DNA of 62,267 bases, filler included, from Chiloscyllium plagiosum (GCF_004010195.1; 4 parts of one record of this genome joined end to end with filler, not necessarily neighbours in it), one strand, 5' to 3'. Positions 11,795 through 25,062 are shown, counted from the whole stretch's first letter. Numbers and translations: made by a program. Notes: a model not told the origin generated them from the sequence alone.

Positions 11795-13365
11795 GAGACA
11801 GGGGAGCTGAAGATGAAGGAACCCTTAGGAAGCGGTGATGATAATATGATTGAATTTACCCTGCAATTACCCTGAGAGGGAGAATATACAATCAGAGGTA
11901 ACGGTATTAAAGTTGAATAAAGGCCAGTACAGAGGCATGAGGGAGGAGCTTGGTGAAATTGGTGAGGAGAGGAGCCTAACGAGTACGCAGGAAAGTGGAA
12001 ATGCAGTAGCAGGAGTGTCTGAGCGTAATTCATCAGACACATCAGAGACATATCCTGTGGAAAATGAGGCATGGTGTAGGGAGGATGAGGCAACCATGGC
12101 GGACTGAGGAAGTCATCGATAGCATAAAGGCAAAAGAGAAAATATATGATGTGGCGAAGGGCAGTGGGTAATCAGAGGATTGGGAAGCTCGTAAAGATGC
12201 ACAAAGGGCAACAACCAAACCAATGACGAGGGAGAAGATTAAATATAAGATAACTACTAATATAAAGTTAAACATCACACAACACCAGGTTATAGTCCAT
12301 AAATTTCGGTGTTACGATCGAGCCCTCCACAATCACCTGATGGAGGAGCGTCGCTCGGAAAGCTAGTGTGCTTCCAATTAAACCTGATGGACTATAACCT
12401 GGTGTTGTGTGATTTCTAACTTTGTACACCCCAGTCTAACACCGGCATCTCCGAATCATTACTAATATAAAGTAAGACTGCAGTTATTTCTTTATTCATA
12501 TAAACGCAAAAGAGAGGTAGAAATTTACAATGGGTCATTGGAAAATGACAATTGACAGAAAGTAGTGGGGAACAAGGAAATTGTTGAGGAACAAAAAAAA
12601 AAATTCTGCCGGTCTTCACAGTGGAAGACATGAGTTATACCCAAATATGCAAGAGAATGGGGGGAACAGATGTGAGTCTAGTGGCCATCACTGTGAAAGT
12701 GCAAAAAACACTGAATGGCCTGAAGGTCGATACATCATCTTGATCAGATAGAGTACCCTCCAGAGTTCTAAGGTAGACAACTGAAGAAATAGTGGATATG
12801 TTAGCGGAGAACTTTCAGGAATTGCTAGAATTAGAAAGTGTGCTATAGGACTGAAAAATCACGAACATGACACCCCACTTTAAAAAGAAACAACACAAAA
12901 GCTGGCAAATTATAGACCAATCCTGGAATCCATTCCATTGGAAGAAATTTCTGAATACTTGGAAGTGCATGTTAAAATAAGGCAAAGTCAGTAATGTTGC
13001 AGCATGGAGAGGCCATACTTGACAAATCTGCAAAAAATCTTCTTTGAGGAAGTAACGAGGAAGATAGACCAAGGAGAGCCATTGGATGTTATGTGTCTGA
13101 GCTTCATGAAGGCCTTTGATATTTGCCGCACAGGAGACTACTGAATAAGGTAAGGGCCCATGGTTTCAGAGGAAAGCTGCGCTCGCAGGACAGAAAGCAG
13201 TGATTGGGAACAAAATGATCCTTCTCAGAGTGGCAGCTGGTGACAAGTGGCGTTCCTCAAGGCTGTGTTGGCTACAACTTTTCATTTTCTCCATTAGCGA
13301 TCTAGGTAAAGTACCTGAGGGCATTGTGTGTCAATTTGCAGACAATGCAATGGCAGGAGGACAGG
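11795..13365 (+). mobile_element. CR1 LINE ORF2 fragment (post-endonuclease linker to RT), truncated by spacer
   Basis: Degenerate CR1 ORF2 (LTNLQK.FFEEVT, DV..L.F.KAFD, VPQG, QFADN); paralogous to 32867-33842. Confidence 0.85.
12269..12459 (+). mobile_element. short inverted-repeat Penelope-derived element, family 2
   Basis: 14-bp TSD TACTAATATAAAGT (12255-12268, 12460-12473); about 36-bp inverted arms (12264-12299 / 12388-12423); mutated hammerhead CTGATGG-A-GGAGC-GTC-GCTCG-GAAAGCTA at 12337-12365; empty site at 32930-32943. Confidence 0.9.
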
Positions 13366-13465
13366 NNNNNNNNNNNNNNNNNNNNNNNNNNNNNNNNNNN
13401 NNNNNNNNNTTAATTAATTAANNNNNNNNNNNNNNNNNNNNNNNNNNNNNNNNNNNNNNNNNNNN
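13366..13465. other. artificial scaffold spacer N44-TTAATTAATTAA-N44
   Basis: Exactly 100 nt with a central 12-mer giving stops in all six frames; identical at 32767-32866 and 54571-54670. Confidence 0.95.
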
Positions 13466-13681
13466 TGGATGCTGCCTGACCTGCTGCGCTTTTCCAGCAA
13501 CACATTTTCAGCTCTGATCTCCAGCATCTGCAGACCTCACTTTCTACCCAATATACTGACCACTGCAAGGGACAGCTGGAACTGACAACCGGAAGCGGCA
13601 GATTCAAACCACTATAAATGCCGGAGGAAACATCACAGAAGAGCTTCTGGTTTCCAGCATCTGCAGTTCTCAGTTTTGCCT
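13466..13681 (+). mobile_element. Penelope pLTR fragments (family 1)
   Basis: GGATGCTGCCTGACCTGCTGCGCTTTTCCAGC...CTCACTTTCT and a second TCCAGCATCTGCAGTTCTCAGTTTTGCCT end. Confidence 0.7.
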
Positions 13682-13807
13682 CTTTCAAAATATCACCCCA
13701 ACACCACCTTCTCTCAGCTGAAGTCTTTACTGTGTGGAAGAAACTGATTCTGAGCTGATGCGAGAAAAAGCAACTGCCACCGCCAGTGTCGGAAACGCAG
13801 ATCCAAA

Positions 13808-13878
13808 TAGCAAAATCAGCTTTTAAACCCCCACTGCACCGTTAAGAGCTCAACGCCTTCCAGTTGTGCCACTCAGCT
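13808..13878 (-). pseudogene. degenerate tRNA-iMet pseudogene
   Basis: Minus strand AGCTGAGTGGCACAACTGGAAGGCGTTGAGCTCTTAAC...TTTTGCTA vs AGCAGAGTGGCGCAGCGGAAGCGTGCTGGGCCCATAAC...CTCTGCTA. Confidence 0.6.
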
Positions 13879-14467
13879 CTCTCGGCAAGATGCCCTATCG
13901 ATCGCTATGACAGTGGAAACGGGGATAAATATTCTTTTGATCAGGAGCACTCACAACCTCGGAATTTCTTGCGCCTCTATTCCAACATAGGAGGACCGCA
14001 CGCTCACCTATTGCATGACTGGAGCCAGAGAGTAACTCTGCGCACTCATTCCCATCCTCATTTCCGGTTGGACCTGGGCGGCTGCGTAAATGTTTCTCTG
14101 ATTCCGGGGCTGGGAACTAGGATTATGCGTGATTATCTGCAGTACTGATTACTGCCTTGAGTGGGGTAGCTGGCGAAGTCACCAATGTTAAACAGCAATG
14201 CCATGGAAGCATACATTTCAACAATATCCTGTCCTGTCCCCTGAGCTTTGATGCTTTGTGGAAATCCATCAATGTCAGTTTTCAACATTCTCATTCAAGA
14301 GATCTCCACAGCCTCTGAGGACATTGAAGTTAAATATTCAGTTCATTCTCAGTTCCCACATGTCTGTCAATGTCCGCTGAGTAATGATATTGTATATTTG
14401 TTATTCTTCAGAACATTTCATCTGCTAGCATACTTATTGCTGCTTGCCAGCATGCTGCTGTGTGTTT

Positions 14468-14530
14468 GCTGTGATCGTAGTTGACTGTATTGTGACCACA
14501 GCAACCTCGGTACGAAACCAAACCATGACA
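14468..14530 (+). pseudogene. tRNA-His(GTG) pseudogene with D-arm deletion
   Basis: GCTGTGATCGTA...TTGTGACCACAGCAACCTCGGTACGAAACCAAACCATGACA vs GCCGTGATCGTA...TTGTGGCCGCAGCAACCTCGGTTCGAATCCGAGTCACGGCA. Confidence 0.75.
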
Positions 14531-14986
14531 CAAAGTATTCTCTCCGTTGTCTTTTTAGTGACACCTGCTAAGAAATTAATTGTTTTAACTTCAAATTCCG
14601 TTCTCTCACATCTCTGCGCTTCATATATCAGAATTCAAACACACCCGTTGTCGGAGATTCCTCTCCTTCCCACGATCATTAAACCTCCTTTCCGTCCCTC
14701 CATCCATTTCTCTGAGGCAATGCACAATCTATCACTCTTCGTCACATTGATACTGTTATGTCTGTGCTGTTGTCACTGTTTTATGGTGAACGTGCCCCCA
14801 TCCCACCATCGGGACCTTCAAATAAGTCGGTCTATTAGGATACCACGGTTGTGAAATCAATCGCCATATATCAGCTTTTACTGACAGAGACAAGAGACAA
14901 TTGAACCATCAGGGTCTTGAAAAGGATCCTGGGCAGTGTTGGGGAAAATAGATTTTATTGGAAAAGATCAGCTTTTGTGGCTTTCT

Positions 14987-15323
14987 GCGATGGTTTCGTG
15001 GTAATTTCGTAGGACTAATAATCCAAAGACCCAGGTAATAGTCTGAGTATAAAGACTTGAATCTCACCATGCCAAGATTGTAAAATTTGGATTCAATAAA
15101 TATCTGCAATGAAGAATTTAATGACTACTGTAGATCCATTGATAATTGTTGAGGGTAAAAGATCCATCTGGTTCACTGATGTAATTTCGGGATAGCATCT
15201 GCTATCCTTACTTTGTCTGACCTGCATGTGACTTCAGACTCATAACAATATGGTTGAGTCTCAACAGCTCTCTGGGCAATTAGGAACGGGAAGTAAATGC
15301 TGCCTAGCCAAAGCGCCCTCATG
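14987..15323 (+). mobile_element. tRNA-headed SINE, second family (not HE1)
   Basis: A/B-box-like head, then CCATCTGGTTCACT...CATGTGACTTCAGAC...GGGCAATTAGG; related copies at 30192-30513, 36200-36460(-), 38444-38725 and 62043-62267(-). Confidence 0.7.
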
Positions 15324-15850
15324 CTAATACACAATATTTAAAACAAATGCTCATTAGGCTCGAGCTAGAGCAGGGATGTGATCACGCAGAGAAACTTGCA
15401 TAAGATATTTACCGGGATATTGTTTGGGCTGAAAAATTTGAGTTAGGAAGAAAGACAGGACAGAGTGGAGTGTTTGTCGCAATGCAAAGGAGATGTAAAT
15501 AAAACGTGCTTGAGTAAGGGTATGGAGAGGTTAGACTGAAAGAATTTCCCATTGATGGAGGGATCGATCAACGGGTGCCAGAGAGTTAAGGAAAAGGGTA
15601 GGGAGGTTTGAGAAGATGTGCGGAAAAGCTTTGTCAGCCAGCGGGTTGTGCGAAATTTGCAATACATTGTCTGTCATGTTCAGAGAGGCAGAAACCCTTT
15701 TAACCTAAATAAATATTCAGATGCGAATTTGTGATGGCAAGACAAATAAGACTGTGCGATAAACGTTGTGAAATGGAATTCAGTTCGTTAAACAGTTGTT
15801 TTCCACAAATATGGCCACAATTGGCTGAAGGGGCTCATTTGACACTCTTG

Positions 15851-15911
15851 TCCTGGGTCGTATAATGGTTTGTGTCCCCGCCTGTCACAAGGCTCAATTC
15901 TCCGCTGGGGA
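15851..15911 (+). pseudogene. tRNA-Asp(GTC) pseudogene, internally deleted
   Basis: TCCTGGGTCGTATAATGGTTTGTGTCCCCGCCTGTCAC..CTCAATTCTCCGCTGGGGA vs TCCTCGTTAGTATAGTGGTGAGTATCCCCGCCTGTCAC..TTCGATTCCCCGACGGGGA. Confidence 0.8.
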
Positions 15912-18539
15912 CAGTGTAAATATTTTAAAACTGTCACCCCGTTCCCAAGTGCGCGTATTGATACTTGTCCTTCCATTCTCGATGGGGCATTTCACAGGAA
16001 GTACAGTGCTGCCTGAATCAAGGTGGGGAAGGGTTGCAGCTCTCAGGGAGGCAGAGTGTCAGTGGAAGTGAAATCATGTGACTTCTGCAAGCTGCATCCT
16101 TTGTCTGTATTGGAATGAAAACCATTTGACAGACTTGTTCCGGTTTGAAGTGTTTACTGGAAGAAGGAAGCTGAGGAAGAATCAGGGTAAAAACATTCTA
16201 ATGTGAGTGCAGAATCATTTCCTGCAGCACTAATGAGACTGTAAAGCACAGAGTAGTGTTTATATCCATTGAATTTGGGTTGATGGGCGCAGCTTGACAT
16301 GATGAGGCTGAGTTACGAGGGTATAAAACCATTAAAAATGATACAGATTTTGCTCACTGTGATAGAACATTGGCTCAGTGGTTAGCACCGCTGTCAGGGC
16401 TGAGGGATGGGTAGATTGGCCAAGTTAAAGTGCACTCTCATATGCAGGGAATGAATTAAGTAAGTTAAGTGAATTAGCCACGGGTAGCGTGGAATAAGGT
16501 CAGAAGTCACAGGACGCCAGGTTACAGTCCAGCAGGTTTATTTGAAATGATAAGACAGAGAGCTGCCCCTTCTTCAGGTGAAATATACAGGAAGAGGGAA
16601 GGGAGCTCGATCTGGGTGAGATGCTCTTCCGAGAGTCGACACGGACTGGATTGACTGAAATGCTCTTTTTGCACTGTCGAATACTGTGATTGTATCTAAG
16701 CAGATAATAACGGCGTTTACGGGGGTGTAAATTCATTAGAGACGATGCTGACAGAGTTTACTGAAGATGAGATTTTATTCACTTGTTTTCTTGGGAAATT
16801 TTGAACAATTAGCCCTGAACCAAGGAAGATTTAATGGAGGTTTTTCAGGTGATGAAATGCTTGGACAGAGTAAACATGTGAAAAATTCTCTTTCAAGTTA
16901 GTAAATATCTAAACGTCAAACCTTCAAAACCTTTGATGAAACATTTGAGAAACAAAGAAATGATAAGAGCAGAATTACTGACACTCCGAGAACCGGTTTT
17001 TCAAAATATTTCGAAAGGCACATTTGATGACATACAAGGAATTATCTTCACAAGTAGAGAAATAGCCAGTGGCTAGGTAAAGTTGTAGGGGTGGGGTGTA
17101 GTCGGTTGGAAGCCGCGGGGAAACTATGTCTCAGTTGGTTGACTTTAAAAGTATAGAAATTTTGTGAACGTGCACAGCTGAATAAGATTTTGTTTCAAAA
17201 ACCCTGGATTTGGAAAGATTTTTATTGTAAAGGAAAGATATTACATAATGAATAGTAAGTGACCCCGTTGCTTGGAGGTCCACTGCCTGCTTTAATCACG
17301 TGGCTAAAAGATGTGATCACCATGATGTTTGATCCATTTAATGATCGGTGAAATCTGCCAAAACACGAGCAACAAAACTGTTGGTTTTTCTTTTGGACTT
17401 TAATCGTCTCTTTTTCTAAACAGTATTTTCTTTCAGCTGAATTAAATTCGGAACAAATTTGCATATATCTTTAATCGTTCCAATGAGATAAATCTAATTC
17501 ACTTCCGATTATTACAATGAACAGTGTGACTTTCGGTTTAATTAATAAAATGAAACGAACAAAACAGCGTTTCTTGCGATTTAACCCAATTCAGTTAAGC
17601 CACATGAGAACGGCTATTGAACTACAACATCGCCTTTATATCCCTCTCCATGGCTAATTCTTCACGTGAGAGAGAACGTCACTGAAGAAATTATGAGTCA
17701 AGGCAAAATGTGGGAGTGAATATGATGGGAAATTCTTGTTCACTGTTTCATTCTGACACAGTTCTGATTCAGAATGAATCAATGACAGATGTTCATTCCG
17801 ACGAGCTTGGCTATTTCTTGGATTTTGCTGTTATTGTAATTCTGGTGAAAGCAGAAACACAATGGTGTGGATNNNNNNNNNNNNNNNNNNNNNNNNNNNN
17901 NNNNNNNNNNNNNNNNNNNNNNNNNNNNNNNNNNNNNNNNNNNNNNNNNNNNNNNNNNNNNNNNNNNNNNNNNNNNNNNNNNNNNNNNNNNNNNNNNNNN
18001 NNNNNNNNNNNNNNNNNNNNNNNNNNNNNNNNNNNNNNNNNNNNNNNNNNNNNNNNNNNNNNNNNNNNNNNNNNNNNNNNNNNNNNNNNNNNNNNNNNNN
18101 NNNNNNNNNNNNNNNNNNNNNNNNNNNNNNNNNNNNNNNNNNNNNNNNNNNNNNNNNNNNNNNNNNNNNNNNNNNNNNNNNNNNNNNNNNNNNNNNNNNN
18201 NNNNNNNNNNNNNNNNNNNNNNNNNNNNNNNNNNNNNNNNNNNNNNNNNNNNNNNNNNNNNNNNNNNNNNNNNNNNNNNNNNNNNNNNNNNNNNNNNNNN
18301 NNNNNNNNNNNNNNNNNNNNNNNNNNNNNNNNNNNNNNNNNNNNNNNNNNNNNNNNNNNNNNNNNNNNNNNNTGCTCAGAAACATCAGGATGGGAGCAAG
18401 GCATTAAACACTTTGAGCTTCCCCTGTTCTAGCTCATGGAGTCAAGTTCACTTCTATAACCCTAGTTAATGCATTCTTCAGATATTCATCAATTCCTGTC
18501 TTATGTTGCTCAATCATTGACCGTCCAACCCATACAATC

Positions 18540-19900
18540 ACATAAGCACTGATTCTGCACTGTCATAAATACAGCACGACCTACATTAGTCCCACTTTCC
18601 GATACGAGGCACATAGCCATGTATGCTATTGCACTTCAAGGGCATGACCATGTATTTATTAACGGTGGTGTGGTTATCTGTGCCAACTGCCCTCTGTATT
18701 CCTGACCCCAAAACCTCTGGATGAAAACCAATCCTCAAATCCTCATTAAACTTCAAGCCCTTCACTTTTAAATGGCACTCCCTTGTTCATCGCCCTTTGA
18801 CTGAAAGGAACAGCTGCTGTCAATCCATCCTGTCCATGCTCCTGGTAATCTCCTTCTGAAGAACGTCCCTCTCAGCCTTCTATGCTTCAAAATAAACAAC
18901 TCGACTTGATCTTCTCCATCCAAGGGAGCATGCTGGTGAATCTCCACTGCACCCTCTCCAGTGCAATCACACACTTCTTGTAATGTGACTCCCAGAACTG
19001 TACATAGTATTCCATTTGGCCTAACCAAAGTTCCACATAGCTCTTATAATCTGCGTCTCCATGAATAAAGGCCATGTTTATGGTCGCTATGCTTTGTCAA
19101 CTTGTGCATTAACCTGTTTAATCACATTCAGGGATATGTGGAGAAGCACCCTCTGAGCTTCCGAGTGTGCTGCTATTCATTGAGTCCTTCCCTGTCTGGT
19201 TCCTTCTTCCAAAGTAGATCACCACATATTTATCAGGGTTACATTCCATCAGCCATTGATCCACCCATTTGATTATTCCATCTGTACCTTCCGGTAATAT
19301 AAGGCCTTCCTCCTCACTGCCAACCAACCTGCCAAACTTTGTGTCAAACGCAAAATGATTTATCACTCACCCCAACACCTCCATATTCACAGATGCATCA
19401 TTTATGAATACTGCAAATAATAAGGTTGAAAATCACACAACACCATGTTTTAATCCAACAGTTTTATTCGGACGCACTAGCTTTCGCAGTGCTGCTTCTT
19501 CATCACGTGATTATGCTCTTTGAAAGTTCGTGCATCCAAATAAACTGTTGAACTTTCATCTAGTGTTCTGCAATTTTTAAACTTTACCCAGGCCACTCCA
19601 GCACTGGCATCTCCGAATCACAAATAATATGGGACACAGCACTGATCCCTGTGGTACACAATTGGATACAAGTGTCCAGACAAACAAACAGACTTCTACC
19701 AGCAGACCTTCTGTCTCCTACCACTACGTTGATATGGATGCAAATTGGCAAGTCACTAATGAGTCCTACCTGTTCCCTGGCTATTCTGTTCCACTTGATG
19801 TACCTGTAGAATATCTGGAGATTCTCCCTAATCTTGTCCTGCCAGCAGGTCTCCATGTCGCTGTGTTAGTCAGTCCCCTTCAAATGAAGAATTGCCTTCT
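18540..19900 (-). mobile_element. CR1 LINE RT and 3' end, decayed
   Basis: Minus-strand peptides FAFDTKFG, MECNPDK..VIYFGR, EYYVQFW..ALERVQWRFT. Confidence 0.8.
19423..19620. mobile_element. family-2 inverted-repeat Penelope-derived insertion in CR1
   Basis: Homologous to 12269-12459, hairpin-like; 9-bp TSD CAAATAATA (19414-19422, 19621-19629); degenerate hammerhead on minus strand at about 19478-19506. Confidence 0.8.
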
Positions 19901-21174
19901 TATTGCAGTCTGAAATGGCCTATCATTTACCTGCCATTATTTGCCTTAAATGTAGAGTAGACAACCAGAGATAAATCCTGTTTATTTCCACCTTGTCATT
20001 TGTTTAGTGACTTTTCTAAATTTCACTATGATCACCTCTCAGTCTTTGAAACTCTAAAGAACACAGGCCGAGTTTCCACATCAGGCAATCTCGCCATCTG
20101 AGGGATTAATCTGGAGAATGTCCATTGCACATCCTCGGTGGTCAGTATATTCTTTCTCAGATTGGGTCAATACTCTATGCACAGTCTCATTAGCAAGCTG
20201 TGAAACTGCTTCAACATGACCTTCCAACTATGTTCTGGTTATGTCAAATGAAGGCGAACTTTAATTTTCCACTTCTATATATTCCTCGAATTACCATTCA
20301 CATTACTTTATTTAGGAATTCACTGCATGGGTTATTATAAAAAGCCTTCTGAAAATCGAAAGATACCATTTCTATTTTGCAATAAACAAGGTCAAATCAT
20401 TCTGAAGTTTTTCAAGTATGAAGACTCTGTCAAACTCTATCAGTGTATACTGATTCTCTCCAATGTTGCTGTTAATTTCTAAATATCCAATATCTGATCC
20501 TATATAATAGATTCCATCAGTTTCCCTACAGATGTTAAGTTAATTGGTCAGCAGTTCTCCACACTATCTCTTCTTCCCGTTGCAGATGCTTGAATCCCTT
20601 CCATTCATCTAAAATGCTTGGAACATATTGACTAACTTCCAGCCTCTGCAGAATGTACAGGAAAATAAAACAGTCATCGACGCACAATTAATGCGTCTAT
20701 TGCTGATTTATTTCTAATATTTTGATACGAAGTACAACTGGCTCATCAGACTTAGCAATGCCCAATCCAGCTACAACACTNNNNNNNNNNNNNNNNNNNN
20801 NNNNNNNNNNNNNNNNNNNNNNNNNNNNNNNNNNNNNNNNNNNNNNNNNNNNNNNNNNNNNNNNNNNNNNNNNNNNNNNNNNNNNNNNNNNNNNNNNNNN
20901 NNNNNNNNNNNNNNNNNNNNNNNNNNNNNNNNNNNNNNNNNNNNNNNNNNNNNNNNNNNNNNNNNNNNNNNNNNNNNNNNNNNNNNNNNNNNNNNNNNNN
21001 NNNNNNNNNNNNNNNNNNNNNNNNNNNNNNNNNNNNNNNNNNNNNNNNNNNNNNNNNNNNNNNNNNNNNNNNNNNNNNNNNNNNNNNNNNNNNNNNNNNN
21101 NNNNNNNNNNNNNNNNNNNNNNNNNNNNNNNNNNNNNNNNNNNNNNNNNNNNNNNNNNNNNNNNNNNNNNNNNN

Positions 21175-22800
21175 CTTCGGTGATTCTACCTTAAAGAAAC
21201 AGACATATTTTTCAGACAGTGCAGTATTTCTGTAGATCTCCTGGTCCTGGCCAGGTGTATCCAAGAACACAGCAAGACGCGAGAGAAGATATTGCGAGGG
21301 CCCTGGCTGATCTTTTTGCATCATCGCTGTCCACCGGGGAGATCCCAGAAGACTGGAGGGTAGTGAATATTGTGCCCTTGCTCAAGTAGTGTTTGTGAAG
21401 AAGAATCTGTGAACTATAGATCAGTTAGCTTAACAATTGTGACATGTAAGTTCCTTGAGAAGGTTCTGAGAGATAACATATACATGCATTTGAAAAGATA
21501 CAGTTTCATAAGGAGCAGTCAGCACTGCTTTGTGCATAGGATATCATAGCTCACAATGCTTTAGCGTTCTTTTGAGGAAGTGAACTGGAATGTTGATGAG
21601 AGTATGGTGGTAGACGTAGTCTATCAAGGTTTCAGAAAGGCCTTTGATAATGTTCCACATTATAGGCTGCTCTGAAAGATTCGACAGCATGGAATCCAGG
21701 GGGATCCGGCAAATTGGATACTCAATTTCCTTGATGGTAGAAAGCAGAGGCTAATACTGGAAGGATGCTTGTTGGACTTGAGGCCTGTGACGAGTGGAGT
21801 GTCTCAAGGGTCGGTGCTGGGCCTATTACTGTTTGTTATCTATATCAAAGATTTGGATGAGAATGTAGAAGGTATGATTGGTAATTAGGCTGATGACAAT
21901 AAAATAGGCGGTACTAAGAACAGTGAGAAAGGTTATCAGAAATTGCAGCAGGACAATTTTTCAGCTGGGGAAGTGGGCCGAGAAATGGCCAATGGAGATT
22001 AATATAGATATGTGTGGGCTGTTGCATTTTGGAAAGTCAAATCCAGGTCGGAGTTTCGTGGTGAATTTTCGACCCTGAAGGAGTGTAGTGGAACAGAGGG
22101 ACCTTGGAGTTCAGGTCCGTGGTTCTTTGAAAGTAGTTGCACGTAGACAGAGCAGTAAAAAAGGATTTGGCACACTGGCCTTCATCAGTCAGGGCACTGA
22201 GTATAGAAGTTGGCGAGTTATATTGCAGTTGGGCAGGACGCTGGTGAGGCATGCACTTGGAATATTGTGTTCGGTTGAGTTTACTTTGCCATAGGAAGAA
22301 TGTGATTAAACTGGAAAGAGGACAGAAGAAATGTACACAGATGTTGCCAGTACTCAATGCGCTGAGTTGTAGGGAGGGGTTGGACCGACCAGAACATTTT
22401 CCTTTGACTTTAAGAAACTGAGGGGGAATCGTATAGAATTATATAAGAACATGCGATGCCTGGATAAGGTGAATGCACTAATTATTTTTCCCAATTTTGG
22501 GAATCAATGACTACAGGACATCAGGTTAAAGGTGAAAGAATAAAAAGAATCCTGAGCGCCAGCTTTTTAACGCAGAGGTTGGTGCCCATATGGAATGAGC
22601 AGACAGCAGTTTGGTTGAGGCATGTACATTAACAACATTCAAAAGGCTTGTAGACAAATACGCGGATAGGGAAGATTAAAAGAATAAGGGGCAAGGGCAG
22701 GGAAATGGAATTAGCGGGATGGACATTTTGGTCGGCACGGACCACTTTGGTCCAAAGGGCTGGTATCCATGCTGCAGGGCTCCATAAGTCTATGACTCTA
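21175..22800 (+). mobile_element. CR1 LINE, RT domain to 3' tail
   Basis: KAFDNVPH, SGVSQGSVLGLLLFVIYI, ADDNKIG, LERGQKK motifs; ends TCTATGACTCTA. Confidence 0.9.
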
Positions 22801-24813
22801 ACAAACTTTGCGTGTCTACCACTTCATGTTCAAACATTCTATATTGTATGCAGGTGCAGTGTAAAATACAACATATTAACGTCTCTAAGTACTCTGAGCA
22901 AGGTTAATAATGAGTCCTTCTGACCACACAATACCAAATCTAAAACAAACTGCTCTCTTGTTTGAGTTACAACATACTCTTCAACCAATCTGTTATACGC
23001 TTATGGAATTTATTTTTCACAACATTAGCAGTCACTTAGTTAACGCAGTTTAGACGCAATTTGAAATCATGCAGCACCCACAATATTTGCATCTCTAATT
23101 TCCAGAGCATAAAATGCACAGATTTTGCACGAGACCATTGGTTTAGACACATAATACACCAATGCTTGCTTATTCTTCCTCTTTGTAAGATCGATCCAAA
23201 CGGATTCTGTGGAATCTGAGGGAGAGGGTCTGTGGCGTTATTACTGATAGACTTGGAAAAGACATTCGGGGAGGGTCACCTCGACTCTGACATGATCTGA
23301 AGAAATGACCAGCATCACAGGAAATGCATCGATATCCTCCCCATTCTGTCAGGTTAACTGTCACCGTACTCTGTCTGCGCCCTCACACTCACTACCTGTT
23401 ATAGCACCAACCCCCTAACAAGGCTCACACTCTATCTCCAAATAAGGCTCACAAACTACCAGTCTCACGATTGAATTCAGTACCTTCCACACACACCCTT
23501 CCCACCCCGCACGCTCTCTCTCCCTTCACTATACTCCAAACACTAATAACCCTGCATGGATACAACACTGTGGACTGACTCCCTCCGGACCTCACCATTC
23601 CCCCTCACCCTCCACCTACACCAGCACTAACAGCAGGGCCACTCACTCCCACCATCACTCCCTCCCTCCTCCTTTCTCCCATTCCAGGAGAAACGGACTG
23701 TAATAGGAGAGAAAGGGCCAAGCCAGATGGTGGAGCGCCCGATATCTGATCCCTCCTCCATCACCCCCCCTCTCCCCCGCCATGTGGGCAGGACCCTGGT
23801 ATGAGCCTGAGTGGACCGGGACGTGTCGTCTGGAGATTCCGTGACATCCATGTCCCTCCAACTGAGTAAAAGAAACAATGTTCAGTGAAGGGCAATTCTC
23901 AGTTTTACCACTCTGTCGGTTCTCACAATTTTCTCCCTCCCAAAACAATAATTATATAATTGCAGAGAGATACAGACACAAAAATATTCAGAGACATATG
24001 TAAACACGCTAATATACTGACACTAACAGTGCATACACGGAGGTAGAACCGCACAAAAGTAGTGGCATATGGAGACATAGACAGTCGCCCACAAACAGAT
24101 ACAAGCACAAGTAAAACGCACAGTCTAATACACAGATGAACCGATGTCAGCACATAAATACACAAACACACAGACACATGAACAAACACACACAAGTGTA
24201 CACACGGACCCACAGAGACACAGACACTCGTGCTTATAAGACAGAGATGGATAGGTTTTTGATGAGTAAGCATGTCAAGAGTAACAGAGAGTAATCAGGA
24301 GAATGATGTTGAGAAATCTCTAAGTCAGTATTAAATGGCATTCAGAGTCGATGGGCCGAATGGCCTAATTCTGCGTTTTTAATGCTCGTGTGGTGTCATG
24401 CTATCAGTTATTCTCTTCCTGGGACAGGAGCAGAGAATGAGTTTAATACATATTTGAAAAGAATCAGTTGTACAATTGGACAGGTTAAGAGGGCTGAATG
24501 GTTTATGTCTATACCTAATTATTCTGTCCTTGTGTTTCAAAAGACGTGGTGCTAAATGTTAGGTTAACACAGATTAAAATAACAGGTCCCGCACTGAAAT
24601 AAGGTCGCCCCGTTCACTTTCGTGTTGTACTATCTGTAGGGTCCTCATCCTCAGGAAGCAGTGAAGACTCAGTTTTTGAAGATATTCAAGGCTGAGCTCG
24701 ACTGATCTTTGCTGGACAGGACAGTCAATATTTATTGGGAACAGACAGGAGACGAATGGTCAAACAAATCGGATCAGTCATGAGCATTCTGACTAGTGGC
24801 GCCAAATGACCAA

Positions 24814-25062
24814 CTGCTGCCCCTACCCCGTGTGTTGCTCTCTCAATCCACCCTCGAGGCTGTTACAGAGAGATGCTGCTGTCCCTACGCCATGTGTTGC
24901 TCTCGTAATTCACGGCCAATGCTGTTACAAAGATATACTGCTGGTCCTACCCCATGTGTCGTTCCTTCAAGCCACCCTCGATGCTGTTACAGGGATATAC
25001 TGCTGCCACTACCCCATGTATTGTACCCTCTATCCACCCCTCGACACTGTGACAGAGATAGG
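24814..25062 (+). repeat. minisatellite, 4 x 62 bp
   Basis: CTGCTG..CTACCCCATGTG...CTGTTACAG units start at 24814, 24876, 24938 and 25000. Confidence 0.9.

Larger units (their letters stand above)
13646..17499 (+). repeat. segmental duplication copy A (paralog 28834-32766; older paralog about 37240-39600)
   Basis: Continuous colinear similarity, roughly 90% by eye, with small indels. Confidence 0.95.

Noticed and set aside
13410..13421. Palindrome TTAATTAATTAA recurring three times
   Set aside because: Always centred in 44+44 Ns; it is an assembly linker, not biology
17710..18469. Long ORFs spanning N runs (also near 20.7-21.3, 25.5-26.2, 40.8-41.4 and 50.3-51.0 kb)
   Set aside because: Open only because Ns contain no stop codons
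23923..24273. Hydrophobic Cys/Val-rich ORF
   Set aside because: Translation of a degenerate (CA)n-rich low-complexity tract
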